This document shows positions 11,204 through 24,987 of a stretch of DNA of 64,000 nt, piece after piece. Within the stretch, counting starts at the first letter, position 1. Each line of letters begins with the position of its first letter. The stretch spans positions 454,099 to 518,098 of the forward strand of contig RHPI01001715.1 of the NCBI GenBank assembly GCA_009103225.1, in the 5' to 3' direction. The stretch comes from Chlorokybus atmophyticus. Its lineage: Eukaryota; Plantae; Mesostigma and Chlorokybus algae. Below the pieces are notes generated by a model. That model was not told the origin of the DNA. It did no database searches and was given only the letters and a program-made list of their open reading frames with translations. The position numbers and the translations under genes were made by a program.

Positions 11204-13313
11204 CACACGGCTTTACGTTCAAAGACCATGTATGGTTCTTCCACGGACCCCGCGGGCCATACATGGTCCGTGCCCCAAGGACCACGAGTGCCTGGTCCCC
11301 GGGGAATGGACTGTCCATGGTCCTTTCGGGGCGCGTAATCGTGCACCACCGCGGCCGGACCAGGCATGTTCCTGGTCCAAGTACACACGGGACTTTTGAA
11401 CATGCATGGTCCATGGTCCGGCCGGGTATGTTCCCCTAGCCGCTGAAGTACGAACCATGCATGGCGCGTTGCACTGCGACACGCAACTTGCATGGTTCGT
11501 ACTTACGGTTTTGTTTACAAGTGTACTAGGTGTACTAGCTGTAAGCCTAGTCCGCGGCGCTGCAGCACCGGACTGTCCACAGCGTGCGCGTCAGTGCGCT
11601 TGGAAACCTATGTGCGAGCTTAACAGATGGCAGAGCTGTCGCTGCTCATGGCGCTGGGAGCAGTGGAGGCGACGCCGGCGGCGGCGAGCCGTGGGTGATG
11701 TTTGTGTTGTCGTAGCAGCTCTCTTTGCTGTCTTTGCTAGTTATTACAGTAGCAATCACCATTGTGCCAGCGGTCGTGTTCCTTTGTGCGCATGCACGCA
11801 CAGGCAGATGCTGAGCAGTGCTGCTACCAGAGCGTCTACAGTTATCACATTGTCCTTGTTGTCGTCACTGATGCCTATACAGCAATTAATTGATCGTTCT
11901 TTTTCTGCTGGCTTGCTGACAGCAGCTGTTGCTGATGTTGCAGCGCATGACGATGCCCGCAACTACCAGTTTGACGACAAGTGCTGTCGTTTTCGTCAAC
12001 TGAATGTGTAAGCTTTGGGTTTTGTTGGTGACTACTACTGCTGCAGCAATAGTATTGGTCGTTCATCACGGCCACAGCAACTGCTATGATGTCACTATCC
12101 GTGTTGCAGTTGTTAGTTGAGGTTGTACTTGTTGCAGCCTCTGCAGCACAGCCGCTGCAGTTGCCATGCCATGGTTGCGACGGCCACCAATGCTATTGTC
12201 ATTCCTTGTTGCGATTGTCTTCTGTAAAACAATGAGGTTTTAACAAGATAGAGGAGCTAGAGTAGCTGATAGCTAAATTAGCAAGAGAACATTGGTCATT
12301 TGTTCTTCATGGAGCGCAGCGTGACTGCAGTTTACTGCTTGTTTCGTGCAGTTCACTAAACAGAGTCAGAGGAACGTTGGCCTAGTTGTAAGCGCTTCAA
12401 TTTGTAGCTGTTGCAGCTATTGATGTGCAGTTATAGTTGCAGAAGCTGGAGCGGCAGCACACGCTAGGGAGAGCTATGGGAGAGGAGGAGCGTAGACGGC
12501 AGGAGCTACTGGCGATCATGGACAGCCTACATGTGAGAGCACATCGGCAAGAGATTTGCACAAAGAGACTGTTAGTACTACTCGCGCTCAGACCACACGG
12601 TGTGGTCTGAGCGCGCACATGCACACACGCACCCGCATGCGTACTCTCACTAGCCCACTCCCCTCTCCCTCCCTTCTTCCTTGTCTCCCCTCTACCCATC
12701 AGCCGCTTTTCTCCCTGCCCCTATAACCACCACTACAGCAGCCCTTCTCGCGACGGCTGCCAGCAGCTCCTCCCAAATTTTCGGTGGGCACATCAACAGT
12801 CGGAGACTGTTGATGTACCTACCCAACAGTCCTTCAATCAATAGCCCACTGTTGACAGTCGACACGACTGTCAACAACCAACCGTCGAGGACTGTTGGTG
12901 GTTGACAGTTGTCCAACATCTAACTCTTGCAGGTGCGCACAAAGGCTTGCATACTCTGCCTTCTTTCAAGCAAATTGCGCATGCATGCGCAGTGAATGCG
13001 CAGACCAAGGAGGCTCCATTGCACAGGTGAGTATCGTGGTCTGAGAACAGCACACTAGCTTGGATTGCACTCACTAACATACCAGCACACCGCATCCCTC
13101 CACACGCATGTATGCACGCGTGTTTCACACATAGTGAAGGCGCACGAACACACACGCACATGCGCAATCAAAGCATGCACTTGCTCACATGCGCATGCAC
13201 AGGCCACGCATGCTAGCCAGTGCTGGGCTGCAAGGCAACGCCCCATCCCCACTGCAGTGACTCAACGGGTGCGAGCAACCAAGTGAGTATTCTTTGCGGA
13301 CAGCCCCTCCCCC

Positions 13314-14077
13314 NNNNNNNNNNNNNNNNNNNNNNNNNNNNNNNNNNNNNNNNNNNNNNNNNNNNNNNNNNNNNNNNNNNNNNNNNNNNNNNNNNNNNNN
13401 NNNNNNNNNNNNNNNNNNNNNNNNNNNNNNNNNNNNNNNNNNNNNNNNNNNNNNNNNNNNNNNNNNNNNNNNNNNNNNNNNNNNNNNNNNNNNNNNNNNN
13501 NNNNNNNNNNNNNNNNNNNNNNNNNNNNNNNNNNNNNNNNNNNNNNNNNNNNNNNNNNNNNNNNNNNNNNNNNNNNNNNNNNNNNNNNNNNNNNNNNNNN
13601 NNNNNNNNNNNNNNNNNNNNNNNNNNNNNNNNNNNNNNNNNNNNNNNNNNNNNNNNNNNNNNNNNNNNNNNNNNNNNNNNNNNNNNNNNNNNNNNNNNNN
13701 NNNNNNNNNNNNNNNNNNNNNNNNNNNNNNNNNNNNNNNNNNNNNNNNNNNNNNNNNNNNNNNNNNNNNNNNNNNNNNNNNNNNNNNNNNNNNNNNNNNN
13801 NNNNNNNNNNNNNNNNNNNNNNNNNNNNNNNNNNNNNNNNNNNNNNNNNNNNNNNNNNNNNNNNNNNNNNNNNNNNNNNNNNNNNNNNNNNNNNNNNNNN
13901 NNNNNNNNNNNNNNNNNNNNNNNNNNNNNNNNNNNNNNNNNNNNNNNNNNNNNNNNNNNNNNNNNNNNNNNNNNNNNNNNNNNNNNNNNNNNNNNNNNNN
14001 NNNNNNNNNNNNNNNNNNNNNNNNNNNNNNNNNNNNNNNNNNNNNNNNNNNNNNNNNNNNNNNNNNNNNNNNNNNNN
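13314..14077. other. Assembly gap (764 N), followed by a (CG)n run
   Basis: Ns in the sequence; 14078-14100 is a CG dinucleotide run. Confidence 1.
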
Positions 14078-15537
14078 CGCGCGCGCGCGCGCGCGCGCGC
14101 TAGCAGAGTGCTCATTGCCTAACGCTGTTGACAGCACCACCATGGCGGAGTTGACGGCAACCAGCACATGGTCATCAACTCCCTCTTCCCCTTGTCCCTC
14201 CATTTGCGCTGCTGGTGGCTGCCCCGGCACACCACCCACAACACCACGAAGCTCTTTGTAGTCTTCCACGTTGAGTGTCTCAACCACCCTCCTATGTGTA
14301 TGCTGCCATATACATATGGACACGATTATGCTGACACCTGTTGTGTGATGCAACAGTCAGGAACTAGTTTGATCTCTTTGTGGTGAGGTCTGACACAAAC
14401 CAGCGGCTTATCGCCCAATGCTGACACACGCCCCTCCCTCCCTCCCGCCCTCCTGTCCACTTCATATTCATCGAGGACACTTTTCCTGCCGGTTTGTGCT
14501 TGTGTGCATATGTCTGCGCGTGCGTCTGCACTGGCACACATGTGTACACCCACATATCAACAATTCGTGGGACAGTCGGCGCGTGCACATGTGTGCACAC
14601 ACATGCATTGACAGTCCGCGCGACAGTCTTTACATGTGTCTGCGCTTTCACACGTGTGCACACGCGTGACACACCGTTTGTGTGTGACAGAATCACATAA
14701 CTCACCGACTCTGCCTACAAATAGGAGTGTACTTGTGTACATAACCACATACAAGCGCGCACGTGGACATACGCATGCGCATGCACACATGCATGTCTGC
14801 GTGTGTCAGCGTGGCATGCGCACGCACTTGCATTGTGACTTATGCTGCAGCTGGTTGTGACTCGCAGTTGTTGAAGCATTTGTAGTGTGGCACCTGCACA
14901 CAGGCACCTGCATGCACGTATTCTCACTATCCCAGTCCCCTCTCCCTCCCTCCTCCTGCGTCCCCCTCACCCAAGAGTCCCCCAACCACCAACTCTGCCC
15001 GGAGCCCATCAACAAAGCCCTTTCCTTGACAGCCTTCGGGTGTTGGCTCTCAACCAACAGTCGGGGACTGTTGGTCTACTCAGCCCTTCCCTTGACAGCC
15101 CCTTGACAGCCCCTTCCTTGCAAAGAGCTGTCAATTGACAACCCTGGTGACAGCCTCAACTGTTGAGTTTTGACACTTGGTTTGGACTGTTACCTCCCAA
15201 TATGCGCGCGCAGGCCCTACTCGTGGACGGGTGGGTTTACAACTTGTGCTGAGCGGTGCGTGTCTTACAATAGTCGTTTGTATGTGTCAACAGTCTTGCA
15301 TGTTAGCAAGTGTGCACGTTTTGGTCAACAGTCCTGCATGTTAACACGCGCGCGTGCGTGCGCGCGCGTGCGTGTGTGCGTGTGTGCTTGCGTACACACC
15401 GCACTTTTTGCTGCTTGTATGCATTGCAACCCACTCAATGCTCATGCCAGCTGACTCTATGCTTGAACTCCTCACAGGACGGATAAACGCTGGTTGGCAG
15501 TCTTCGATTGCTAAGAGGACAACCCTTATATGTTTAT

Positions 15538-15580
15538 GTTTGACAGTCGAGGGCTGTCGGACAGCCCTCGACTGTCAAAC
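15538..15580. repeat. Perfect inverted repeat, 21-bp arms around a single G
   Basis: GTTTGACAGTCGAGGGCTGTC G GACAGCCCTCGACTGTCAAAC, checked base by base. Confidence 0.9.
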
Positions 15581-16484
15581 CAATCAGTACTGTCGGTTTC
15601 AATGTTCTTCAAGGTACGCACAAGGGTTGTCTGCGTGCCATTGTGCCATGTGTCTTTCTTGCACAGGCTCATACAACGGTGCACAATTGCATCAAACACA
15701 AGCAGCGCCACCCATACTAGAAGCTGCGCGTGCATGCTTGCACACACGCTTGCGCGCGCATGCTCGCGCACACATTTGCATACAGCGCACGCAGTCCCAC
15801 ACGAGTCTGCATAGCAAAACGTTCATGCGCGTGCATGCACACGCACACGCATTTACTCATACGCATTCAGTTGCACACAGTCCAACACAAGTCTGCACGG
15901 TAACACATTTACGCGCGTGCAGGTACAGCGAGCTGCACCCTGGTTGAAGGCTAAGTAAGCTTGGAGTCTGAAGGGCGGGGTTTATAGGTCACGTACCATT
16001 GATGATGATACAGCTTTGCACTTGTAAGATGTAATGTAGGCGAGCACACGCAGTTTTGAGCTGCTGATCTGCTTTGGATTGCATGTGCTCATGCGGTGTT
16101 TGATGTAAATGCCGCACCAGATCTGATCCGCAGGATGTGTTGCCCACATGCAAGGACCAGTCATGGTCCATGTTTGCATGCCAAACTTGCAATGGTTGGG
16201 ACCATGCATGGTCCGTACAAGTTCATATGCATGGACCGCTTGGCTCTGTGTTGGCGTGGCATACTCGGGACCATAAATGGTCCACAAAATGTCATGTGTT
16301 TCGTGCACCAGCCATGGTGCATACCAAGGGACATGGGGACCTATGATGTGAAATACGGACTATGCATGGTTCGACAGTCGATAAAAAATGGACGTACATG
16401 GTTCGTGAATTTCACTTGGCAGGAGAAAATCCCGGTCTGTCGGCATGGACCATTTATGGTCCTTGAACGTCAAGCAATGTGATG

Positions 16485-17340
16485 TCCATCGAGCAACTAG
16501 CCAATCGCAATCCCTGTTGCATGCATGGCTTCTTGCTCTCTTCATGCCCCTTATACATGAGAACATGGCCTCGAGCGGCGATCGCCTCAGCCTCACCTGA
16601 GCTGAGCTTCACAATTGCGCTTTTAATCTCGGTGACCGTGTTGTGCATCATCACATGTATGTACACGTCTTTCACGAGGGACTCGATAAGCTCTCAATAA
16701 TCACACTCCACTCCCTACTCAAGGTGGCTACCAAACCTTTATACCACTTGTCGCTCTCCCGACCTGGCACACAATGTGTCCAAGGCCCTCAAGGCCTTAT
16801 CACTGTGCGCTGACCTATCAGCACAAGCTAACATTGTTAAACACAGGACATCAACCTCGAGAATATCAAATTCCCTTGGTTTTTCATTTGCATTCAAGTG
16901 GAAGAATCCTACCATGGAATCACAGCATAGGCTCTCCTGGTACAGTAGTACTTGCGGATTGCCCACAGGCATCACTTAGCCTTGCGATTGTCATCGCATT
17001 GGTAAATTGCACTACCACAATATGGTCATGTGGTTTGTCAACTTGGCTTTCTTTCGTAGTGCTGTCACACTTTGGTGGCAACTCATATATTTGGGCCAGA
17101 GGCCTCAGGCACTGACCGAAACTCTGTGTTAGCCCTTATTGATGCCTTGTGTAGTTGATCACACCCAAGGCTATATAGGCTCAAGAGTAGACCTACATGA
17201 GAGCACACCTCACAAGCACTACACATGCTCATGAGTTGAAATCCCACTGAGTCTCTTTTCACTTCCATAAGTAAGAGACAGAGAATAACTTTGGCCAGCC
17301 TTATAGGCGTGACACGCCCGGGTTGGACACCACAATGCAT
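16485..17340 (-). pseudogene. Degenerate gag / zinc knuckle / start of Dam-like domain of gypsy-0
   Basis: Removing element B joins NRDCDWLVARW to ...IVT*CHAFPNHA of the Dam-like domain. A frameshifted C-F-S-C..KGH knuckle lies near 16550, and a gag-like HQSVTALRKKAKLTNHM lies upstream. Heavily decayed. Confidence 0.4.
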
Positions 17341-19088
17341 CGCGGTGTGTCCAAACAGGCGTATGATGTCTTCAGCATTGACGCACCAGCAAGTCTAGCG
17401 CACATTGTGCAAGAGTTTCAGCATGAATGCACCTTTTATGTGTATGCGCATATGTGATTAAAGAGATGAGGAGTTAGCTGTATGATAGCTAACATAAGCA
17501 CACATTCTATGAATGTCCAGAACATCTCAACTCGTTTACCAGGGCGCAACTAATTATTACGCCGTAACAGATAGTTCCGGCATGCCTTGTCTTTTGTATC
17601 GGTGTACAATGCTTAACTGTCTATGTCATAGAAGCTAAAAAGAGCGCAGGTGAGTGCATTGAGTGATGTATCAACTTATAGTGTTTAGTTGTCCATAACA
17701 CCTCGGTACCCATCAATGTAATTGAGTGGCTTTTCTTATGTATCAATAGACAATCAGCGACGTTCCCACACCGTGTACGACTCAGCAACCACTTAAGGTG
17801 GTATGCACTTTTACGGCCTAACAATGGAGCATCGTGCGCCCTTTTTATAGCCGCCCGATAAGGGAGCACAACTCAGGAATTATGTGCACAAAATGAAGTA
17901 AGTTCACATGACACTAGTATACAATACTTGCTGTCATGTCAACAGCCCACTGCGTAGCAAATAGTCCACCTAACACCGTCAATTAACAAACCGTTAGTAA
18001 TAATCCTCTCTGCGCCCACTCATTGCAATCTACCTGCCCATGTCGTTTGCAGAATCATATGCAGTTAATCATTCACTCAAAATACATGTCGATTGTAAGA
18101 TGTGTCACGTAATTGAATTTCGCACATTGGATTATGTTCTTTTTTTTTCCCCGACTCTTGAAGGGTAATCAGCAAACACAAAGCGTTGTTATCGATTTAG
18201 CATAAAGCGGGTTCATATTCAGATACTGGTATCAACCATTATGCCAACTTTCTCAATGAGGGGCCGTGGGAAAAAAACCTAGGAAGGGGTGGTGATGGTG
18301 GGAACGGTAGGCGGGGTGGTCGTGGGCGAAGCAGCAGAAAGTAGGTATCAGCACAGGCTGGAACATTGCGATTGTGGATTTAGTACATCAGATGGTAGAC
18401 ATACCTAATAATGTTAACAATATGAATATGATTTGGGGCCATGTGATATTCAGCTGACCCTATTGCAAAACTCTGCGTGCTTGAAAGTGAATGCTATGAA
18501 AAGTAAGGGCTGCACGTATATACAATCATATTATAATAACGAATGCTATGCACAGCCTTACGTAAAACCGCACTTATTGTTGCAGCGAGCAAACATCATT
18601 CAGGATCGTAAACATCATAATGATGTTTATGAATCTACACTCTAAGTGCAGAATGTAGTAGCATGTGTAAAGTTCTACATTACTTAACGGTGAATAATGT
18701 TGATCATAGCTCTGGGTATCATCAAAAAGCTAAAGTCAACATTTACCGCTGCAGTGTATGGTGACACTTTAATATATACCACTTAAATTGTCACAGCAAC
18801 ATACAACGAGACATAAAATATAAATGTTTATTTGAAAAATGTGTGAACATGCATACATGACTAGTGTGTATGCTGCCTGACATTCATCGCGAACTAAGAT
18901 GAACGTGCACATATGATTATGACTATTACTAAGTGTTTGGTTGTGGATAGTGTAAATATTCACACTTAAATAGGACTTGGTGTGTATGCTGTTTGCTGAA
19001 CATTGCCGAACAACATCAACGTTCACATACTCATCAGCGTACATTTGTTGTGATCATATATAATTTGGAGTGGATATCTAAGCTACTT

Positions 19089-19347
19089 TGAAAAGGGGGG
19101 TGCTACCGCCCCCTTTATCCCCTACCCCAACACCACCACCAGCCACGCCGCCGGCGCCGCTGCCGGGGCAGCTGCCAGACCACAAGATCCTCTGGCTATG
19201 GTGATATGCTGCTGCGTTAGCAGCGCCGCCATGCGGTTGATATCAATGTGAGACCTGAGTCTCACAACGATATCAGTGTTAGCGATAAGCTAACATTACA
19301 TTAAGGTCATAAAGGCCCTAATACGGCTCAATTGGCTGTTTATTACC
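19089..19347 (-). repeat. 3' LTR of gypsy-1
   Basis: Clearly homologous, with indels, to 47351-47621. Preceded on the minus strand by the purine tract AAGTAGGG. Confidence 0.8.
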
Positions 19348-19464
19348 CCCTACTTAGGCTTAAGTGTCCTCATTAAAGGGCTAGCAAGGCCCCAACGTGA
19401 GCACGAAAACCTGAATAGAAGGAGAACCATGGCCGAAGCGGTAAAGATGTCTGCTAGCACCCTT

Positions 19465-21834
19465 TTACCGTCCGCGTGCGGACGCATCACTCCAGTACGC
19501 CCGAAGAATCTTTTGGCAGTTGGTAAGATTCTTTTCGGGTTCCCACGTGTTGTGTTCAACACTATACCCTTCCCATTTCACAAAGTAAGTTGGCGCGCGT
19601 CCGCATCGGGGCTTACGGTGACTCAAAATTGCTTCCACCTTGTACTCAAAGGTATCATCGCAATCCACTGCGACAGGGGGTGGAGGAGGTTGAACCCGAC
19701 CGTCTGAACGGTACGGTTTCAGTACACTCACATGAAACACGTTATGTATACGTATGAATTGTAGTAACTTCAAATGATCCGCGTGAGTGCCGACCCGATC
19801 AGCCACTTTAAAGGGGCCTATTCAGCAAGGGAAAAACTTACGGGTACCCACTCCCTTGATGGATATGTTCTTAGTGTTTGAAAGCACCGAGTTGCCCACA
19901 TCATAATCGGCCTGCCTACGATGCTTATCAGCTTGGGCTTTCTGTCTGTCTTGCGCTGCGCGCAGATAGCTCTTTGCCAATGCTAACCTGTCTTGCATGG
20001 CCGCAGCCATCTCGCGCGCTGCAGGCACGCGAGTCAAGTCGTTAGCCGGCAACTTGATACTCGCAGGACTTTGTGGATGCACTCCGTAATTTAGGGAAAA
20101 ACGGAGTTTCCTGCACACTCTCTTGCCATGTATTGTTAATCGCGAACGCAGCCATTGGAAGATAAACATCCCAATCAGACTGATTCGGACACATAATGAC
20201 GGATGGTTTCCTCAATCACTTGATTGGCACGTTCAGTCTGACCATCAGCCTGCCGTTGAGAAGCCGTACGCATGTGCTGCTGTATGTGCAGGAAGTTGCA
20301 TAGCAACTTCCAAAACTGAGCCACAATCCTCGGGTCACGGGCAGAGACAATGTTGCGTGGCAAGCCATGCAACTTGAACACTGACGCGACAAAAACCATT
20401 GCTAGATCACGAGAGCCTATCTCCGTACGACAAGGAACAATGTGAACCATTTTTGTCAAACGATCCACAAATACTACAACCGCAGTATGACCCAACGCTG
20501 TGTCAGGGAGCTCAATGATAAGGTCCATACTCACACTTTCCCACTTACTGTTAGGAACTGGTAACGGCCGCAGTAGCCCAACGGGTTTTGACGTAACGTT
20601 TTGTCACGTTGACATTTGTTACACGTGTCCACATACTGCTTTACATCAATAGGCAACGATGGCCACCAATACAACTGTTGCGCTGCCTTAGTGGTCTTGC
20701 GACTACCAAAGTGCCCAACGTACAATGGATCGTGTATATCCGCTATGCACTTTACACGCACTTCAGCATGGTCAGGTATTACTAGACTGTTGCTCATGTA
20801 ATACAGATTGTCACGTTTGTCGAACATTTGCAAGGTGTCTGCAATAGAAAACCACGGGTCCAAAATGTACCCCTGTACAACAGCTTGCACAGACTTATCA
20901 TTAAGAGACAATGTGCTGCGTGTCGCGAGTAATTGCGCGCACATTACCGCCAGTAATGATGGGCAGCGACTTAAAGGGTTAGCCACATTGGTTCTACTCG
21001 GCTAATACACCCAATCAAAGGTGAACCTGGACAAAAACTCATTCCAGCGCGCTTGCCGTCTCGACAAGCTTTGATGTGTTGAGAAATACATCAATGGGTT
21101 GTGATCAGTCACAACAATGAACTGAACACCCTAATTAACATTTTCATATCTCAAGAGCATGAACTATACCCAACAGTTCTTGCTCTGTTGTAGTGTAGTT
21201 CACATCTGCAGGAATGAACTTCCTACTCTTATAAGCACAAGGTCTGCCATCTTGCAACAATACCGCACTACACCCAAGTGTTGATGCGTCACTAACCACT
21301 GGTAAGTGTTGTCCCAATTTGGCAGTGCTAACACCGGCGCTGATGTTAAAGCCAACTTCACCTTTTCATAGCAGCTTCTTATGCTGTCGTCCAAGTGAAC
21401 GGGGCATCTTTACGCAACAGCTTGGTCAAAGGCATGACAACTGTCAAGTACCCCATTATGAACTTGCATAAGTAGTGTGCCAACCCTAGAACCGACCTTA
21501 GTTGATGGACATTCTGAGGTTGGGGCCACTCCTTCACAACCTGCACTTTGCGAGGGTCAGGCTTGATACCCGCACCACTCACAATGTGATCAAGAAAGGG
21601 CAACTCCGTTTTACAAAAATTACACTTGGTGAGATTTGCCATCAAACAATGCTTGCGCAATCTTGCAAACACCGCTTCCAAGTGTTGCCTATTTTCTTCC
21701 TTTTGTTTACTGAAGACAATGATGTCATCCAAGTGTATCATGACCTGTTGACCAAGCATATCACCAAAAGTTTTATTCATTTCCTGCAAAACACAGCGGG
21801 TGCATTAATTAGTCCAAAAGGTAATACTTTGTAC
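19465..21834 (-). pseudogene. gypsy-1 pol 3' half: RT C-terminal part, RNase H, integrase, chromodomain
   Basis: VMIHLDDIIVFSK (RT). LTSAPVLAL (RT-RH linker). HDPLYVGHFG...CNKCQ (integrase zinc finger). SMDLIIELP...VVFVDRLTKMVH and DGQTERANQ (integrase core). YKVEAILSHR...YFVKWEGYSVEHNTWEPEKNL (chromodomain). Many frameshifts and stops. Confidence 0.93.
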
Positions 21835-23415
21835 GTTGCAAATTTTACACGGTGACTGACTAAGGACTGAGGGACTGACGGGTACCTGAGCCTGCCTGCC
21901 GCTGCCTGAAATGTTACTTTTGGATTGTTGGTTTTGCCACTGGCTTGAGTGGACTGACGCAGACGGCCGCGGGCCGAAAGTGGTTGTCAGTGGCACTGAC
22001 CGGCCGAGAGTTGTCAACCAGGTACCCTTTGGTCGATGTGCACAGACGACCGTCAGCCGGTAGTTACGGACAGCTGACAGCAATAGCCGGCAGTTTCTTT
22101 GCCGTTACACTGCTTTTAGTATGTAACCCTTACCATTTGACAAAAGTTGGCAATTCTTGCCGTACGCCAGCAGCAACATGCCATGCAGCTTGTACAAACC
22201 TTGGACTGATAGTTTGGTCTTGCACCTGTAAGCCCACATGGCGCCTGCAGTGCGTGCCGTTCATGGCACAAGCAGTCAACTTCTTCAGCGCAGACGGCAC
22301 AACTAGGCTGTGCTGTCGGGACTTCATGGTAGAAAAAGCCGTCCGCAATCGGTACGCAGACTGCAGTCTTCATACGTAGACAGCAAAGGCGCCGACGTCG
22401 GCGCCATTGCTGCCTTGTGCCATTGACGGCACAAGACAGTCCAAGTTGAAGTCAGCACAACAGAGCTGGTGCCGTGATCGGTACAAGGTTCCACATCCCG
22501 ATCACGGCACGAGACCAGTGATCCGTTGACGGTTTGCAACTCATTGTGCCGCTACCGGTGCACAAAACTTTGCTGAGAGCGGCACAGTAGACTTGTACCG
22601 TAGCAAAGCAGCAGCCTTCTCTCCTCCTGCGCTGTAACCGGCAGCGGATTACAGCAGGGGCTTGTGCCGAGAACGGCACAACACACTCGTATCGATCAGC
22701 AGCCTTGGAGCTGAGCTGGGCCGGAGCTCGAGCTGAGCTGCAAGCTTTGAGGAAGAGAAGGAGGCGGCGGCGTGAGCTGCTGCTGCTGGGTTACTTGGAG
22801 AAGCCAATGGCGTGAGCTGGTGCTGGTGCTGCTGCTGCTGAGCTACTTATGAGAAGAAGCTGCTTTTACCAAGAAGCAGAAGCTGGCAGAAAACACACAG
22901 CAGCTGGAGCTGGAGCTGAGCTGCGGCAGGTTAAGTGAAGCTGTGTCTGGGTTCTTGGGTTCTTGGGGACGGTGGCTCAGCTGCTGCTGCTGTTGAACTA
23001 AGCTGATGCTACGAAGCGAAACTGCTGCTGCTGCAAAGCGGAACTGCTGCTGCTGCGGAGCAAAACTGCTGCTGCTGCGGAGCGGAGCTACTAACAAGCT
23101 GCTGGGGAGAAGGAGCTACTTCTGCTCACGAGCTCTTGTTGGTAAGGCTTATGCTAGCTTGTTATTGTTGCTTGATCTACTCTGTCAATGAGGCTTGGTC
23201 GAGAGTGTCTGCCTTACAGTCTGTTATCTTGCTGCTGGGCGTCTTGCATGCAGTCTCACTTGTTTATGGTGAATGCTTGTAGTTGCTCTGTTTTCGTTTG
23301 CTGAATCCAAGATGTTAGTGACCGCTGCTGCCAACTATTAGCCCCCAAGTTGTCCCTCATATGCTGTCACTGTTAGCAGTATTCAAGTCCAACTTACATG
23401 CAATCATTTGCAGCC

Positions 23416-24987
23416 ATGGCATGACGAATTGTTCAACAGTCTGCTGTTCTGCGCGAGCGTGAGCAATTTGATAAAACGCTTGCACTGATCATGCATGCTG
23501 ATGGGAAGCCACGCAAAGCCAGTGTACGTGCTAAACCTTCACTGCTTAAAGAGATGAGGGCCGCCCAGCAAGCGCGCCCAACAAACATCAGTCCACACCT
23601 CACTGGAGGAGGAGGTGATTTGCAGCTGCCTGCACCTGCATCTGCCTAGGAGCCCGAGCCTGCACCTGCGTCTGCCTTGGAGCCCAGGCATGCGCCTAAA
23701 GATGCCGTGGAGGCTGAGCCTACGCTTGAAGATCAACCACACCTGTCCAACCAGCAGACAGCAGAACAATCTTCTCCAGCGATGCCGGACTTTGGAGCCA
23801 CCGAGCAATCTGATCATTCTGGCAACCAAGAGTCTGAGCCTGAACAGCCTCCAACCTTCAGTCGCAACCTTTGCCTCTGCTCCAAGTGCAAAGGCTTGTT
23901 AAGTTGCTTCGCTTGGCCTGTGCTGATCAACAAGTGACCATGCATGCACGTTGCTTACACACCCTTACTGTGTCGCAGATCATGCAGCCGCTTGGTCATC
24001 GATGCGCACCTAGCCAAAGACGAGGCGGCCAAACGGCTGAGGAGCATTCCCACTGTGCAACCCACTTTGGACAGCTTTGATGCAGACAAGATGCCTGATC
24101 TACAGCAGACGTCTACGACTTACCTGGACAAGATAATCAAGATCTAATCCATCTTAGACGAAGCTAGAGTCTCGCAGGCCTGCTTCACCAAATTGCTCCT
24201 TGTCCTCTTTAAAGGCGAAAGCTCCCTGATGGCTTTGGCTAAGAAGGGATTGTGCGATGAGAAGAGCGAAGGCTTCAAGCTGCTTACTACTTGCAAGAGT
24301 CTAACTGGCATGTTTGAGCGCATGGGGATGCCTTCAACACTGCATTCTTCTGTCTGTGCCTGCGGCCACCTGTTCGACAAGCCCTATCCGAATGCTGAGC
24401 TCGTTGTGTAAGACGAAGACTCCGTGCGCTCCAGCTACCGGCAGCGCGAGAACGAGCGCAAGGCCATGGCAAAAGAACAATGCCCAGACTGCAATCAGGA
24501 ACGCAAAAAAAGGCACGAGCTTCTACTACCTCCCTCTTAAGCCAAGGTTGCAGCTCATGTTGGGCGTGCCAACCATCTGTCATCAATGGCTCCAGGCTTG
24601 GCTGCACCGGGAGCGATGGCTTGACAAAGATCCAGCAGTACCTCCTGCCAGTCAACATGAAATCTGGGATGGAGCTTGTGTGAGGGAGATCTCCAACTTC
24701 TTCAACCCCAAGAAGACCTTCTAGCTGCCAGTCAGATGCGAGCACTGCTAGACAGTTCACAGACCAGGTCACCACTTCACTAAAGGCGACAGTGATGATG
24801 GGCCGCAGTGGAGGTTTCGGTGTCGCATCTGCGAGCAGGTCACCTGTCCTTTCAAGCATGTGGCCTGCGTTCACCCGAGAATCTCATCTTCATTGGCCAC
24901 TGGGACGGCTTCACCACAGCCAGCACCAGCCCCCGCAACACGCTGATGATCAACGTGGCAATCTTAAACGGAGGCAAGTTGTTGAGT
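23416..24987 (+). pseudogene. CACTA-type transposase N-terminal half up to the first catalytic Asp
   Basis: Stop at codon 3 and mutated donor. CACGH..., FYYLPLKPRLQLML...W...HEIWDG and PENLIFIGHWDGFTT...MINVAILN match Transposase_21/Tnp2 motifs. Confidence 0.8.

Larger units (their letters stand above)
11204..16481. mobile_element. Non-autonomous CACA-terminated TIR element (element B, ~5.3 kb including gap)
   Basis: TIRs CACACGGCTTTACGTTCAAAGACCAT and the reverse complement of ATGGTCCTTGAACGTCAAGCAATGTG (22/26 match). Perfect 3-bp TSD ATG (11201-11203, 16482-16484). GGACCAT/ATGGTCC subterminal repeats at both ends; no transposase seen. Confidence 0.8.

Noticed and set aside
13213-14353. Long ORFs in the track spanning 13.2-14.3 kb
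   Set aside because: They are artefacts of translating through the N gap.
16500-17340. Copia RNase H reading (LSSGEAEAIAA, LCCDS)
   Set aside because: The motifs are in the wrong order. Joining across element B fits gypsy gag/knuckle/Dam better.
17400-19088. AT-rich short ORFs here and at 47622-52400 as genes or copia remnants
   Set aside because: Only faint, inconsistent motif resemblance and no splice-supported frame.
22190-22234. LTGARPNY as a retroviral protease motif split by A'
   Set aside because: The catalytic Asp is absent, and the segment lies inside the 21.6 kb insertion; the real gypsy-1 protease is at ~44300.
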